Shown here one piece after another: positions 24,414 through 37,900 of a stretch of DNA of 64,000 nucleotides; position 1 is the stretch's first letter, and each line of letters starts with the position of its first letter. The stretch is from Chiloscyllium plagiosum (taxonomy: Eukaryota), in assembly GCF_004010195.1 (NCBI RefSeq), contig NC_057718.1, forward strand, positions 95,685,158 to 95,749,157. Direction: 5' to 3'. The position numbers and the translations under genes are program-made. Below the pieces are notes generated by a model that did not search any database, was not told where the DNA came from, and saw only the letters and a program-made list of their open reading frames with translations.

Positions 24414-26014
24414 TAAATGCAATTGCATGATTTAGCACACAGACCAAAGGAATACACTGCCTTTAAATAACTTAATCATCTCACCTCACTATTGATAATT
24501 TCTGAATTTGAGATATGACAGTGTGTCTCGAGACACTTTGTAATACTTAAATTCAATCTACAGTCATATACAAGGAGGAGAAAGATAAATAACATATACA
24601 AAGGGTGTACTTAAACCACTTAAATTCCAGATACAAATTAGACAGAGTCACAAGCAACAGTGTCCATTTGTAAGGGAAAGCTATGTTGGCATTTGAACTC
24701 ATTTGAGTTCTCAGGTGAACTGCTTTGAATTTAGGTTTAGTCACTGCTTGGCAAACAACCTTGAATTCTTCTTGCAGTTCAGAAAGAATAAAAGGCAGCT
24801 GTAAATTAATACTCAAGCAATGTGAACTTGATGGTAAATATGTCAACAAACCTCCTATAAAAATGTCATTATGAATTGTGCAGTATTTAATTATTCATTT
24901 TGTGACTGTTATGTGTCTGTACAGTTGAGTATGCATTAATACAAAGCATTGAGCATCAAATAGCAATTGAAATTGATGGAGAAAACTATCATCTGAAAAA
25001 AGGAAGCAATTCATCATGAGTTATTATCTTAAAAAGACTTAGAAGATGTAAAATAAACATGCAGGATCAGTGTAATAAATGTGGATTATCAGTCCACCTC
25101 TTCCTCTGATAATTCATCTATCTAATTTATTTTCAAACCCAGTAGTTCATATCTCATGCTCAGTAATTATAGTGTTTCAGCTATGCTGTTGTACTTCCTG
25201 CCTTTGAATTGAAAACACTGTGAGGTTTCTGAAATAAGATATCATTATCTGTTGTGTTATTGAAAGAGCAAGACAAAAGAATGCAAAACTTTTAACAGTC
25301 TCTCTGACTTCTTAAGATATTTGGATCATAAAATGTAATGGTTGACTTTTCTTTCTTTCATGTATGCAGGCATAGATTCAGGTGCATGGCTTGTGCTATT
25401 GTATCTAGAGCATCTACTGAGTTGAAGAGTTTGTGTTAATCGCACTTGCACATAAGCTATTCATTTCCTCAAGAACATGAAACTGATGGACAAAGGTGAT
25501 TAAAAATGATGCACCTCATGCTCTGTACGAAAGGGCAAGTCTCAGGCAGAAAAGAATTTGCAAAGGAGTCCAGAGGGTGAACTGCCAGTCTCAACTGCAC
25601 TCGGTGCTGAGAGCTCAGAACAAGGGAATGGATTGACAGATCTGGCATATCATTAGCCTTCAAAGGTTGTGTGAAAATTAAAGGGATGTGGTAAGTTAAA
25701 CGTAAGCAGCTGCATGTGGGAACAAATTCCTTTCCAACCTTTCCAGCAAATGATCTCTTAACATTTCTTGCTGCCTATGGGGTGATGAAATAAGTATGTG
25801 GCAGAAAAGATTCGGAGGTAGCAATGGCTATCTGGCGGTGAGTGTCAAAACACAACAAAGCCCAGACTCTCTGTTAGATGATTGGTGGCAGAAAAGTGCC
25901 AGAGGATGAGCTGTGTCGCATTTGAGTTGCAACAAGAAGGTAGCAACTGGGGCTCAGTGATTTTGATGCCACCCATAGGGCAAATTGTAGATGAAGATTG
26001 GACTCCTTAAGGAA

Positions 26015-26170
26015 GGTGAGCTGTGGCTCAGTGGCATCACAGGAGTTGTGGGTTCAAATCCTACCTCAGACTGCGAGCATGAAAACTCAAGGATGGCTCT
26101 CCAGTACTCTACTGAGGGAGCATCGAACTCTCAGTGATGCCATCTTTCTGATGAGAGGGAAAACCACAAT
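26015..26170 (+). mobile_element. Old tRNA-SINE 5' fragment (DeuSINE/SacSINE1-like)
   Basis: 'tggctcagtgg' A-box, 'ggttcaaatcc' B-box, then 'tactgagggagc...gatgccatctttctgatgaga...aaacc'. Confidence 0.5.
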
Positions 26171-26179
26171 CCTTATTAT

Positions 26180-26510
26180 TAGATTATTAGTCCAGAGACC
26201 CAGATAATGTTCTGGCGACATGGGTTTAAATCCCCACCATGACAAACAGTGGAGTTTGAATTCAATAAAACAAAATCGGGAATTAAGAATCTAATGATGA
26301 CCATAACACAACTGTGGGGCAAAGAACCATAATGTTTACTAATGTCATGTAGGGAAGATATTAGCTGTCTTTACCTAGTCTGGCCGACATGTGAATCCAG
26401 ATCTACAGCAATGTGGCTTGCTCTTAACTTATCCTCTGAGCAATTAGGGAGGGGTAATAAGTGCAGGCCTGGCTTGGCTAGTGTTGCTCACATCCCATGA
26501 ATGAATTTTT
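26180..26510 (+). mobile_element. SlmI-like tRNA SINE
   Basis: Homologous to 19553-19895. Confidence 0.75.
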
Positions 26511-27639
26511 AAAACATGATACCCTCTGTTGCACTGGGTAGCATCCTTGTGGATGTGGTAAATCCACATATTCCCCTATACCGAGTAGAGCTGCACTCGA
26601 ATGAAGTGCAATTTGGAAATAAAGGCACCGCACACTGCTATTGCTTATTTTAATTGCTTGCGTTCCATCTAAGTGAAGGATTGCTGGATTAACCCTCACT
26701 CAGCCAGGAAGAGAAAAATAATTTAGAGAAAAGAAAATGAAGGATTACCCAAGCAAATGTTAATAGCTACTTCTCTGCTGACCTTTGCTTTTTGCTGTAT
26801 TGCTTGAACTGGAGCTGATCAAACAACAAAATAGAAACATTTGCACACTGTAAATGTTTGTGTCATTACATAGATGTGTCAGCTTTGTCATGCATTGCTG
26901 TTATTGTGCATCAGATGAGGCATGGAACAAGCAGTTCATATTTTACTCCTCTAGAGAAGTGGGAAATGAAATGCACACATTTGTGAACCAAGATAAATGC
27001 GATGAAAACCCGAGGCATCAGTTGATATATGAACTGACACTTACTGTGCACCTTTGCCTTTCCAACCCTAAAACTTGACAGATAGATTGTTGAGACCTGG
27101 CAGTTACACATCTATCTGTCAACTACTTGAGTGTCTCATCTTTCACCTACTATAGTCATAGTAACAAAATGCCATGTGCCAACTGATGGGTTTTGTAACC
27201 TTAATCAACTTTTTATCTGATGAGTCCTATCTACTAGTTGTGTGACACATGGGAGAAGGTCAACAATTAGCTGGTTCATTCTGTTCCACCAGACTTTTCA
27301 ATACTTAGCTACATATCCTTTCTTCAGTTGGCTGGTTACTACTTTATAAATCGCAAGAAGTGAAGGAAAGATGAAATGATAGGAATTGTCTGATGCTGTT
27401 CTCTAAAGCTGTCGTCTTCTGTTTGAAACATTCTTGGCAAATACTTTGATTCATCCATTATACTTTTCTTAATATTTCTTCTTTCAAAATCATGTTATTC
27501 TACTATATGCCAAAGTTGAAATGACATTTCTTTTATTGTTTTCTGGTTAAAATAATTATCCTTCAAAAATATCTGTTGTACTTTGGAAAAAGAAGACTTT
27601 CTAATGCATTACCCTTTCCAATGTTCCTAAAGTGTGCTT

Positions 27640-27980
27640 TTTTATTATCCATTACTTCGCAAGATCTGGGCATCACTGGCTAGGCCAGCAATTATTGCCC
27701 AGGGGGCAGTTAAGAGTGAACCACACTGCTGTGGGTCTGGAGTCACATGTAGGCCAGACCAGGTAAGGATGGCAGTTTTCTTCCCTCAATGACATTAGTG
27801 AACCAGATTTTTCCAACAGTCAACAATGGATTCATGGTCATCATTAGACTTTTAATTCCAGATATTAATTATATTCAAATTCCACCATCTGCCATGGTGA
27901 GATTCCAAAGGGTCCTCAGAACACTTCTGGGTCTCTGGATTAATAGTCCAGCAATAATACCAGTAGGCCAGTGCTTTCCC
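27640..27980 (-). mobile_element. SlmI-like tRNA SINE
   Basis: Reverse complement homologous to 19553-19895 ('gggtctggagtcacatgtaggccagaccaggtaagg'). Confidence 0.8.
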
Positions 27981-28127
27981 TCGGTTCCCTGCCTGAAACT
28001 ATCCACAATCCTTCAGTTGAGAGCTAGGCAGTGACTTATAAAGTGCCAATATGATCACTTTGCTTATTTAGTTTATGAACTTGTTTATAAACACAAGGAA
28101 CCCAAATGCTATTTGAAACCATTCATC

Positions 28128-28983
28128 TGTCACCTTGTAAGGGTTTTCATGTTTCACTTCAAGGTGTGATGACATGCTGGAAATCAAGCCGCAGCCTAAC
28201 AGAAAAGATGGACCAATTTTCTGTATTTAAACAAGAACTACAATTTATTACAGGTCATTAAATTTTAATCACAGGTGAACAATTATGAAGTGTCAGCATA
28301 TAACTCCACCAGTTAAAACACTAACCCCTTCTAAAACTCCCTACATATACACACACACATTCTCTCTCACTCTCTCTATCTCACATACACACACACCCAT
28401 GCACACAGACAGGCAAAAACATCAACATGTTTTTGGGTGTAGGGAAAAACTAAGTGGGGAACGAATTGAATGACCTCAATGGAAAGTGGTCACTGAGATG
28501 GTCCTTTTGCTGAGATATTCTTCAATCTCTTTTCTACAAATTCCTTTCACTTCCTCATAGAAGGCACAGGTGATTATTATACTAACAGCAAAGTTTCTTT
28601 TTATTAGTTGAAGGCCATAGCTTACAGCAGCTGGTGAGGGAACAGAAACTGGCTTTCTTTGGACTTTCAGATATTTTACTGGAGAGAAAGACACATTATG
28701 TGCCCTTGCAACAGTCCAAAGGCTTCTGCCAATATCGTTCACACCCACAAGCTGTTCACCAACCCAAGGACCAGTCAGGTAGTTATTGTCAGGCCAATAG
28801 CCTTTGTCATCCACAACTGGTCACAACTGCACAAACCAGTCAGCAACCTGTTTTAAACCAAATCACCCTTTGTACACCTACACCCCTCACCCACTTCCAA
28901 CCTACTGCTGGCCCATTTACAAACAGCCTTCCCCTCTGCATAAACAAAGGAACAATGTAAACATGACTTATTAAAGTGTGACA
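28128..28983 (-). mobile_element. Possible solo LTR
   Basis: Bounded by tgtcac...gtgaca; minus-strand AATAAA near 28244; internal CA/CT tract; no clean TSD found. Confidence 0.3.
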
Positions 28984-30634
28984 GTAACTTGCTCTTAAAA
29001 AGTATAGCAATTTCTTCCACAGTCATTGTATTTAAACAATCCTTTTCCCATTTGAGTCCATAACCAAAAGTAAAATAATATACTAAAGCTTACTGTCTTT
29101 ATAAGGCACAAACTTACACTGTCAACAATAAGAATTTGCAAATACAGACACAAACCTACAATGTCATCTTTAAGGATTTGCACATACAGACACCAAATTC
29201 TAACTGCTCATTGAAAGTTTTCAAAACTGTGTCATTTATCACCTCCTGTTGTTCCATGTTACTTTTTGCAAAATGAATCACTTCATGCTTCTCCAGGTGG
29301 AATCCCATCTGGCATGTTTCTGCCAGTTCCACGTCTGTCTACGTCATGATTCATTACTTTGCCAACTTTTGTATTATCAGTAAAGTTTCAAAAGGTTGCT
29401 TCCTTAACCTTGAGCTGTAGGTGATTTATTAAAAGCAGTGAGCAACTAATCCTTAAATGTTAAGTTAAAATGCAGATGCTGGTCACTGGAGGCCATTTGA
29501 CAGTGTAAAGGGCAGTTGGAGAGATATGTCTCAAACCCACACATCCCTGTGGTTCCCAATAGGAAAATGTGAGTTGCACACACTCAAAAAGCAGGACTCA
29601 TTACATAGTCTTCAGTCTAACCAATTTCTCAAGTACCTTAAAACGGTGAAATTTCATGGTATTTCCTGAGTTTCCTAGGATTTTTAAGGATAGTTTACCA
29701 GGATTCTCACACATTCGAATGCCTGGCCTTTGCTGAATTATCTGATCTCAGTCAGAGTAGCAGTTTGCTCTCTGAACTCCCATGTTAGATAGAGGAAAAA
29801 AAACCAATGCAGATTCCTGCTTTTGATTGCTTTTGCAGAGGCAGGGATTGAGGGTGGGATCAAGCTCATCCATAATGCCTCAACGTAGCTTAGTAGCCCA
29901 TGGTCACTCACTGTCAGGGCTTACAACTGGATGGGAAAGGCATAAAATCCCATGGGAATCAATGTCGTTTGGGGATTGGGGGTAAACCTGGAGAATTGAA
30001 ACATTAGGAGAAAACTGTTGCATGAAAAGAGATACCTGTATATTTGTGGTCACACTAATTATAATGTTTATAATTATAGTGGCACGACCATTTCCCAGAA
30101 CTCCCCATATACAGCTGTTAAATCAAATCCAGGTTAACGGTGTTGCCTCCACAGAGATTCAGTCAACACAGTAGTTTGACAAGGTGCAGGTCTCAGCTGC
30201 GTGCAAGGGTGGAGTGTGGCCAGCTGTCTGTCTGAAATGTTAAACATTTAACCAAGGACTGGGCTTAGTTCCCAAGAGTTATCTCATTAAATTGTAAAGC
30301 TCCTGAATGGTGAGACACTGCAGTTTTCACATATGCCGACTGCAGTTGCATTACACGGCACTGGCAAAAGTCCATCAGAATTTGGTAGCCTCGTCACAAA
30401 ATTCGATTTTATCTTAGGTCACCATACACCCTACCACATTGGCTGACTCAGCACAATAACACGTAGGCAAATCATCTACACACTTCAATGGCACTCAGGC
30501 CACATGGCACAGATAATGCTGAGAGTGTGCCAAGACTGTGGAACTGGGATTTCCTAGCACCAGTTTTCAAAGGAGATACATTTTTGTGAGAGCAAAGTGG
30601 GGTCGGGCAGGATGAATGCCATCATTGGAAGTGC

Positions 30635-31135
30635 AGTCCTTCACCAATCTTTACAGATACACCATAGAAAGCACTCTATCTGGGTGCATCACAGCCTGGT
30701 AAGGCAAATGTTCTGCCCAGGACCATAAGAAACTACAGAAAGTTGAGAACACAACTCAGTCCCTCATGCAAGCCAACCCCCCATTGACTGCATCTGTACG
30801 TCTCACTGCCTTGGAAAGGCATCATCAACGACCCCTCCCACCTCGGTTATAGCTCTTCCAACAGGCAGCAGGTATAAAAGCTTAAATGCGCATACCCACA
30901 GGTTCAAGAACAGCTTCTTCCCCGCTGTTATTAGACTGCTGAATGGACCTCTCAAATTTCAAATCGAATGTTGATCTTTTGCTTTTTGCGCACCTTCTTT
31001 GCAGCTGTAACTTTGTACTCCTTGATCTGGTCAATTTATACCTTTATACGGTATGATCTTCCTGTACTGCACACAAAACAAAACTTTTCACTGTCCCTAG
31101 GTACACGTGACAATAATAAACCAAATTGAATCAAA
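30635..31135 (+). mobile_element. Rex1/Babar-type LINE 3' fragment
   Basis: TNLYRYTIESTLSGCITAW.GKCSAQDHKKLQKV; RFKNSFFPAVIRLLN; tail 'gtgacaataataaaccaaattgaatc'. Confidence 0.85.
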
Positions 31136-31534
31136 GCAGTATTCTGCGAACCTCTCCTGCACAACAATTTACATTTTTCAGTCCTTCGTTGTAAGTACAG
31201 AGTTCTTGCTTCTATTGTTTTCCACTGTCTACTGCTAGAGGCAGTATTCGAAGAGATTTAAACATGGCTGTGTCACTGATTTTGTTTTAACATTGGGAAG
31301 TGATATAATCCCAAATGGATGGCACCTAACTAATAAAGGCAAAGTTCCAATTTTAGAAAAAAAAGGCTCGACCTAAAATAACAAGGTCCGTTGTTCCTAT
31401 TGCTATTATTACTTAGTCAAACTCAATTCAATATTAGCAGCCAATTAAATTTAATTAAGCTCATGTCACTTTTCAATTGCACTCAATGAAATTTAGCAAA
31501 AGAAACCCTGAGCATTGCCTCTAATCTTTTTTTG

Positions 31535-31720
31535 GTTTGACTTGATTTGATTTATTATTGTCCCATGTTCCAAGGTACAGTGAAAAGTCTTGTTTTGCGT
31601 GCAGTACTAGCAGATCATACCATACAAAGATCATAGGGCGATAGATCAGGACCAGCACTACAAAGAATGTGCACAAAAAGCAAGGTCAACAGTCGATTTC
31701 AAATTTGGTAGATTTATTCG
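31535..31720 (-). mobile_element. Rex1/Babar-type LINE 3' end
   Basis: (tttga)n tail followed by 'tttattattgtcccatgt...tacagtgaaaag'. Confidence 0.6.
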
Positions 31721-31992
31721 TTCAATATCAGGGAAAACATAAAAATGTTCTTTGCTTAAAAGATCAATGTGTGCTTTGCTTATAAAGGTGCTAATGATTA
31801 TGTTGTACTATAGGATGAATGATTACATGGGGTGACATAGGAAGTTGTGCAAATTATTTGCTCTCATCTACAGTCTGAAGGAATCCAGATTTAAGCCAGC
31901 ACTTGTCTTTCCCACCCTCACTCCCCTTCCCCACAAGAAAACAAAAGTCTCGACAAACTATGGTAGATTGTCATAATCAATTGCACTACGTA

Positions 31993-32199
31993 CAGGTCGT
32001 TCTGTTACAACGCGCGTTTCATTAACACGAATGCCCTGTACCGTGATTGATGAATTTCTAAGGTGCGAACTTTCAAAACGTGTGCTGGCTGTAATGTGAT
32101 TTCATCACCAACACTATAAACGCTGTTTCTAAAGCGTGATTTTTCTATAACACGGGGTTGCACAAGAATGCGAACATCGTGTTATAAAAGAACTGACTG
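31993..32199. mobile_element. Tigger/pogo-like MITE
   Basis: TA|caggtcgttctgttacaacgcg ... cgtgttataaaagaactgactg|TA; about 22-bp imperfect TIRs with TA on both sides. Confidence 0.75.
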
Positions 32200-32205
32200 T
32201 ATGTG

Positions 32206-32302
32206 GTTCCTGATGAAGGGCTTTTGCCCGAAACATCGATTTTCCTGCTCCTTGGATGCTGCCTGACCTGCTGTGCTTTTCCAGCTCCACTCTAATCTAA
32301 AA
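32206..32302 (+). mobile_element. Penelope-derived single-arm insertion, family A (hammerhead plus 3' segment)
   Basis: ttc-CTGATGA-A-GGGC-tttt-GCCC-GAAAC-ATC-gatt; 10-bp TSD actgtatgtg (32196-32205 / 32303-32312). Confidence 0.9.
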
Positions 32303-33269
32303 ACTGTATGTGATTATAAAATAGACAGCTGCACAGCTCCAAACTTTAAATAGTATCATCTCATGTACTTGATGGAATAGCAATGTGTATATTACATATA
32401 CAATATAAGAGATAATATTCATATATTTGTGAAAGTTGATGGTGGTCAAAAATGAACTATTCTAGCTAGGAGAGGCTCAAACCTTTTAACCAAGGTAAAT
32501 TTGATAAAATAATTCTAAAAATATTGTATAGAATTAATACTTGTCAGTTAAGAACAACATCTGTATTTGCATAATGCCTTTAATGAACACCTTTGAGGGG
32601 CTGAATGCCATACACCTGTTCCTATGTTCCTATATAATCTCCAGTATGCTTAAGACAGAAGTAGCATGGAAACCTAATTAATCAAAATTCATTACTATGT
32701 ATATGACAAAAATCAGAGTCTGAGGGAGGAACTTAACTCCTACTGCCCAGCAGATATCTCATAATTAGATGAAAATAGGGATCCTATCATGCGGAAAGGA
32801 TCAAACTAATCTTAATAGTCTAATAATTAAAGTATCTGTCATGAATGTTCTAACCATAAACGTCTGTCAGAGTAGAAGTGAAGACCCTGCAGTGTAAGTA
32901 TAAGATGCACCTTAATAGCAAATTATTTCTCTCTGAGCCCCGCAAAGAGTAGTTAAGCCTTTACCTGCCCCTTGTCTCCTGCAAAATCCTCTTCTAAACC
33001 CTCCCCCACTTCTCCTCCCACCTCACTGCAATGACTTACCTGAGTGCCAGTCAGTGGCCTTTGAACAACTTAATCCTTGCAAAGCCACAAACTGGTCAGT
33101 AATCTGTCTCCATCCGTTTCAGCTGAGCAGCTGGCTGGTGTGATGTTATGGAGAACTTGGCAACTCCCAGGTGGGAAGTTTGCCAACTGTCTACTGGTTT
33201 CATCCCTGGAGTTAAATTCCTTGCTCTGGTCTAAGAATAGGAACAACAATTGCAGTAATACCTGCCTTT

Positions 33270-33905
33270 TCTTTTCATCTAATTCACTCATGGCTCGTGG
33301 ACATCGCTGGCTGGGCCAGCAGTTTTTGCCCACCCCATAGCTGTCCTTGAGGAGATGGTGGTGGGTTGCCTTCTTGATCAGCTGCAGTCCACTTGCTGTA
33401 GAGAGACACACAATTCCATCACGCAGGGAGTTCAAAGTCTTTGCGGTCAATAAAATGCGGAGCTGGAAAAAGCACAGCAGGCCGAGCAGCCTCAGTAAAG
33501 CAGGTCCTGATGAAGGGTTCTGCCCGAAACGCTGATTCTTCAGCTCTTCTGATGCTGCTTGACCTGCTGTGCTTTTTCCAGCTCCACATTTTATTGACTC
33601 TGACTTTCCAGCATCTGCAGTCCTCACTATCTCCAAGTTCCAAGATTTTGACTCCGTGGCACTGTAGGGGCAGTGATGTGTGTCCAAGTCACAATGGTGA
33701 GTGGCTTGAATTTGGAACTTGCAGGTAGTGGTCTCCCTGTGGTATTGCTGCCCTTGTCCTTCTAGATGGTAGCAGTCATGGATTTAGAAGGTGTTGTGGA
33801 AGGAACTTTGTCGAATTTCTGCAATGCATTTTGGAGATGTTACACACAGCCACTACTGAGCATCGGTGATGGAGGGAATGAATGTTCATGGTTGTGGTGC
33901 CAATC
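33270..33905 (-). mobile_element. CR1-clade LINE (second tail type) 3' part, interrupted by a PLE mini-element
   Basis: Homologous to 12395-12950 and 63455-64000. Confidence 0.75.
33445..33634. mobile_element. Penelope-derived fold-back mini-element, family A variant
   Basis: Inverted arms; CTGATGA-A-GGG-ttctg-CCC-GAAAC at 33507-33530; diverged TSD agttcaaagtctttg / agttccaagattttg. Confidence 0.85.
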
Positions 33906-35464
33906 ATTCTATCGCAGTGCCCATCCGATCTCCACTTTATGGATAATGTGTATAGATGAACCTTAGGCTGAAGACACTGTGTAACTCTCAGAATTCATTG
34001 GATTGCTTGGTCTGCTTACTGGTTACTGGCTTTTTTTTAAAAGGGTCTTTTGTTTAGTTCCTTCAATCCATCAATATGGAGAGAATGTTTACTTAAAAGT
34101 AGAAAATCCTGCAACAGATTATGTTTTGTTTGACAAGGCAGGGTAAGGTTCTGATTAACATGAATGGATCAAAACTTATGAACAGTGTGACCTCAGTTTC
34201 ACACAACATAATTGCAAGTTTCCCCTTTTCTGGCTCCTCAGTGTACATCAGTGGTCTAACTGAGATTACTTTTGCTTAATGTTCTGTTATGCTCTTCTCA
34301 TCTGCTATCCAGAATGAATTCTATAGAATCAGAAAATTACAGCAAGGTGTCATACTTCATTCTTCCATTTCTATCAGATCCTGTGCTGAATCTCAGTCCA
34401 GTCATGCCCATACTGCAACATCATGTAAAAACCTTGCCTATAGCACCTGGTGCCTTGATTATTCTGAAGCATCGTGAGCCAATTTTCGTTCTTCACTAAA
34501 GAAGTGTCAAATACTACCTTCCTGCCCCTGCAGCAACTATTTCTTTCTTGTCCCTTGCCAAAGCTCTCTCATAATTTAAATTAAGACGTTTCTTTTCTGC
34601 TCCGTTGGTTCAGATGCACACTCTCTTATGGCTAAAATTGACCTCTAACCTTAAAATAATCTGCCAAAGAGCCTTGTTCCAGTGGATTAAATCTTACAAG
34701 AGTAGGGCATCTTGCAGCGAGTGTTATTAGTGTTAGTTAGATATTATCAGCTTGATTGTAAATTGTATCGCATTATATTCCTGGGACAACTTGATCAATC
34801 ATGGTTGGCTGTTATGATTAAAAATCAAAAACTTATTTCCAGCAAATCTCTCCGGATTCCAATCTATTTCTGGATTTCTCAGGTTATCCTCTGAACTTTT
34901 ATTTCTGCCGTGCTGAACCTGTTATTTCTCAATTTTCCATCAGCTTGTAACTGAAGAAGCCGGACCTAGGTACCTTTGTATCTGAGATGGCGCTATAAGT
35001 GATGACGTATAAACTGTTCACTGTACTCATTCAGCACAGGTGACAGTAAACTTAATTCAATATATGAGACTCCTTTATGTCCTCTCTTCAATCTTTTTTG
35101 TATTGAGTCCACTTTTCATCGTCCTTCTTAGCTAATTAATGTTGCATGGTGGATCTTCAACATCACTGGTTTCTTGTTGGTCTTCCATTGCCAGACAAAG
35201 CAGAATGGTAAGTTACGGTCTGGGAAAGTCAGCTGGAGTAAGAGCGTGTACTGGTCAGAGATGTACTGGCTCCTCTCCTTTATACTTTGTCTGTTCATTA
35301 CAACAAAGGCTTAAGTTACTTTTTTGGCAAGACACTAAACGTTTCTCCAGTTAAAATGTAGTTAGTTGTGGCGACCAATTGCAAAATTACCTTGAGTTAA
35401 AAAAAAACAAATGTATTAATTTGAGAAAAAAAATGAAGCTATGACCTTAATCATACAGTTTCTT

Positions 35465-35770
35465 AGAATCATAGAATCCCTACAGTGCAGAGAGAGGAAA
35501 TCCAGCCTGTTAAGGCTGCACTGACCTTCTAAACAGCATCCCACCTCTCGCTGTAACCCTGCATTTCCCATGGATAATCCACCTAGCCTGCACATCCCTG
35601 GACACCACAGGGAAATTTAGCATGGCCAATCCACTGAGCCTGCGCATCTTTGGACTGTGGGAGGAAACTGGAGCACCTGGAGGAAACCCACGCAGACACG
35701 GGAGAATGTGCAAACTGCACACAGACACCAAGGCTGGAATCGAACCCAGGTTCCTGGTGCTGTGAGGCTT
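35465..35770 (-). mobile_element. HE1-type SINE
   Basis: Reverse B-box 'ggaatcgaaccc', central domain and tail. Confidence 0.88.
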
Positions 35771-36214
35771 AACTGCAGTCACTTGGGCACAAACATTTGC
35801 AAACACATGCAAAGTTAAAAGGGAATAGTATCCAGTACAAAGGACAATTAAAAAAAAAGGCACTGTTTAGAACCCCTCTGGGTGCCTTTGATGTGTATAT
35901 TTTTAGCCTGTGATTACACTTGGTGAGTTAACTTGTTAGCTTTTAAGCAGTGTGAATATTGCAGTTATTTTTTTAAGTTCTTGGTTCCTTCATGGTTCTT
36001 GCCAGCTAGGATTGTCACCAACTCTTTTCCTTCTTGCGAAACTTGGAGAGAGAGAGAGAGATTCTTCAGCCTGTGTTCCGTTCTGTAGTCTCTAATCCAT
36101 CTTCTGTGCCCCAAAACCATTGAAATAGCACCATGGTTATATTTTCTGTCTGCTGAACTCATTGTCCTCAGGCTTATTAGTTTCATCTCCAGCATGTGGT
36201 ACCTAATTCTTCGA

Positions 36215-36852
36215 AGCTTGCCTCACAGGTCGACAGGGTGGTTAAAAAGGCATTTAGCAAGCTTGCCTTCATTGCTCAGTCCTTTGAGTATAGGAGTTGA
36301 GAAGTCATGCTGAGGTTGTACAGGACATCTGTGACTATCTGGAATACTGTGTTGCCCAGTGATAGGTAGGATATTATCAAACTGGAGAGGGTCCAGAAGA
36401 GATTTACCGTGATTTTGCTGTGCATGGAAGGTTTGAGTTATAAAGGATGACTGGACCTCTTTCACTGGAGTATAGGAGGTTGAGAGGCGACCTTTAGAAG
36501 TTTGCAAAATAATGAGGGGTATAGATAGAGTTAATGATAGTTGTCTTTTCCCTAGGATGGGGGATTTCAAGACTGGGGGGGGACATTTTTAAGGCGAGAG
36601 GAGAGAGATTTAAAAGACATGAGGTAGTTTTTTTACACAGAAGGTGGTTAGTATGTGGAATGAACTTCCTGAAGAAGCGGTGGATGTGGGTACAATTACA
36701 ACATTGAAAAGACATTTGGATAAATACATGAGTAGGAAAGGCTTTGAGCAACATGAGCTAGGAGCAGGCAGGTGGGACTGGTTTAGTTTGGAATTATGTT
36801 CGGCGTGGACTTGTTGGACTAAAGGGTCTGTTTCTGTGCTGTATGACTCTAC
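36215..36852 (+). mobile_element. CR1/HER1-type LINE 3' fragment
   Basis: QVDRVVKKAF..LAFI, FFTQKVVSMWNELPEEAVD, ctatga-type tail. Confidence 0.88.
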
Positions 36853-37544
36853 GTGAATCTTCTCATATTGTATTAATCAAATTGGAGTTGAGAATGTACC
36901 ACACCTGCTATGGGGAGATAACTGGTTTTTGGTTAAAATGGTAATTTCAGTTCAGACCATCTCCACTGGTTCCATGAAATGTGGCTAATCTGGGTGGGTC
37001 CAGTAATGTGTATAGCAATATCAAGTCAGTTTTTTGTCATATGTTCGAATAATTTTAGTCAATTAAAGTCTCTGGTATTATACTGGCAATTCAAAGATCA
37101 ATAGTCCATATCATTTTGACCACGGTGGAAGTAGAACAGCGTGCTTGCATTGTCTAGAGCTAGCAAATCAGAAGAGATTGTGGGATGAGGCTGGAGGTAA
37201 GTAATGGCAATGAGGAATAGATATGAGGATACTATGATCTTCAACAATATCAACCCTGCTGCTGGCCTCAGCCTCAGTCTTTGCTAGATTGCCCAGTGAG
37301 AGTTAAAGTTTGCAATGAACCTTTCTATTTAGCTTCTGCTGCTGAGAGTCATGTACTACATTGTCCTGTAGGAGAGAAGGAGTTTTGTTAGTGAGTCTGT
37401 TTTGGGGGATGTGGCCATCAGAATTAACTCCCTGATACAATGTCCAAGCAGTAAGATGTGAGGGTGGGGCTGGAAGTGGTGCTCAGTTTGTGAGGATGAG
37501 GTGAAGCATGTCAAACTTAGGGCCGATAGTCATTGGGATTTAGA

Positions 37545-37900
37545 ATGAGAAGTGGTCTTTTTGAAACTTATAAAGTTCTGGGATATTTCCATTCTTGATG
37601 GAGTCTAGATCTTTGAAATGAGGGATTTCCCATTTAATACGTAGGTGAGGAATAATTTCATTTTAGAGGATTGTGACTATTTAGAACTCTGTTCCACAGA
37701 AATCCAGTGGAGATTGGGCATTTGAATATATTCAGGCAGAGATTCTTGAACTGGAAGCCACGGGTTGAGCTGGAGAGGCAAGAACATGGATTTATGACCA
37801 AGATCAGATCAGGTGAGATTGTATTGAATGGTGGAGCAGACTTGATGAACTGGATGGCCCACATCTGCTCGTGTTTTTTGTGCTGTCTTGCTTATGTTTA
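37545..37900 (+). mobile_element. Old CR1-type LINE 3' fragment
   Basis: 'tttagaactctgttccacaga..agtggag', 'attgaatggtggagcagacttgatg' tail region. Confidence 0.55.

Noticed and set aside
26148..26168. ctgatgagagggaaaacc as a hammerhead
   Set aside because: Better explained as the central domain of the old tRNA SINE; no stems.
27217..27240. ctgatgagtcc as a hammerhead core
   Set aside because: No matching stem II or downstream GAAA box.
31228..31246. Second CTCF-like site
   Set aside because: Needs a gap to fit the core motif.
33070..33687. 205-aa ORF and similar 'GESEDCRCW' ORFs elsewhere
   Set aside because: Chance read-through of PLE fold-back and LINE tail sequence; no protein domain.
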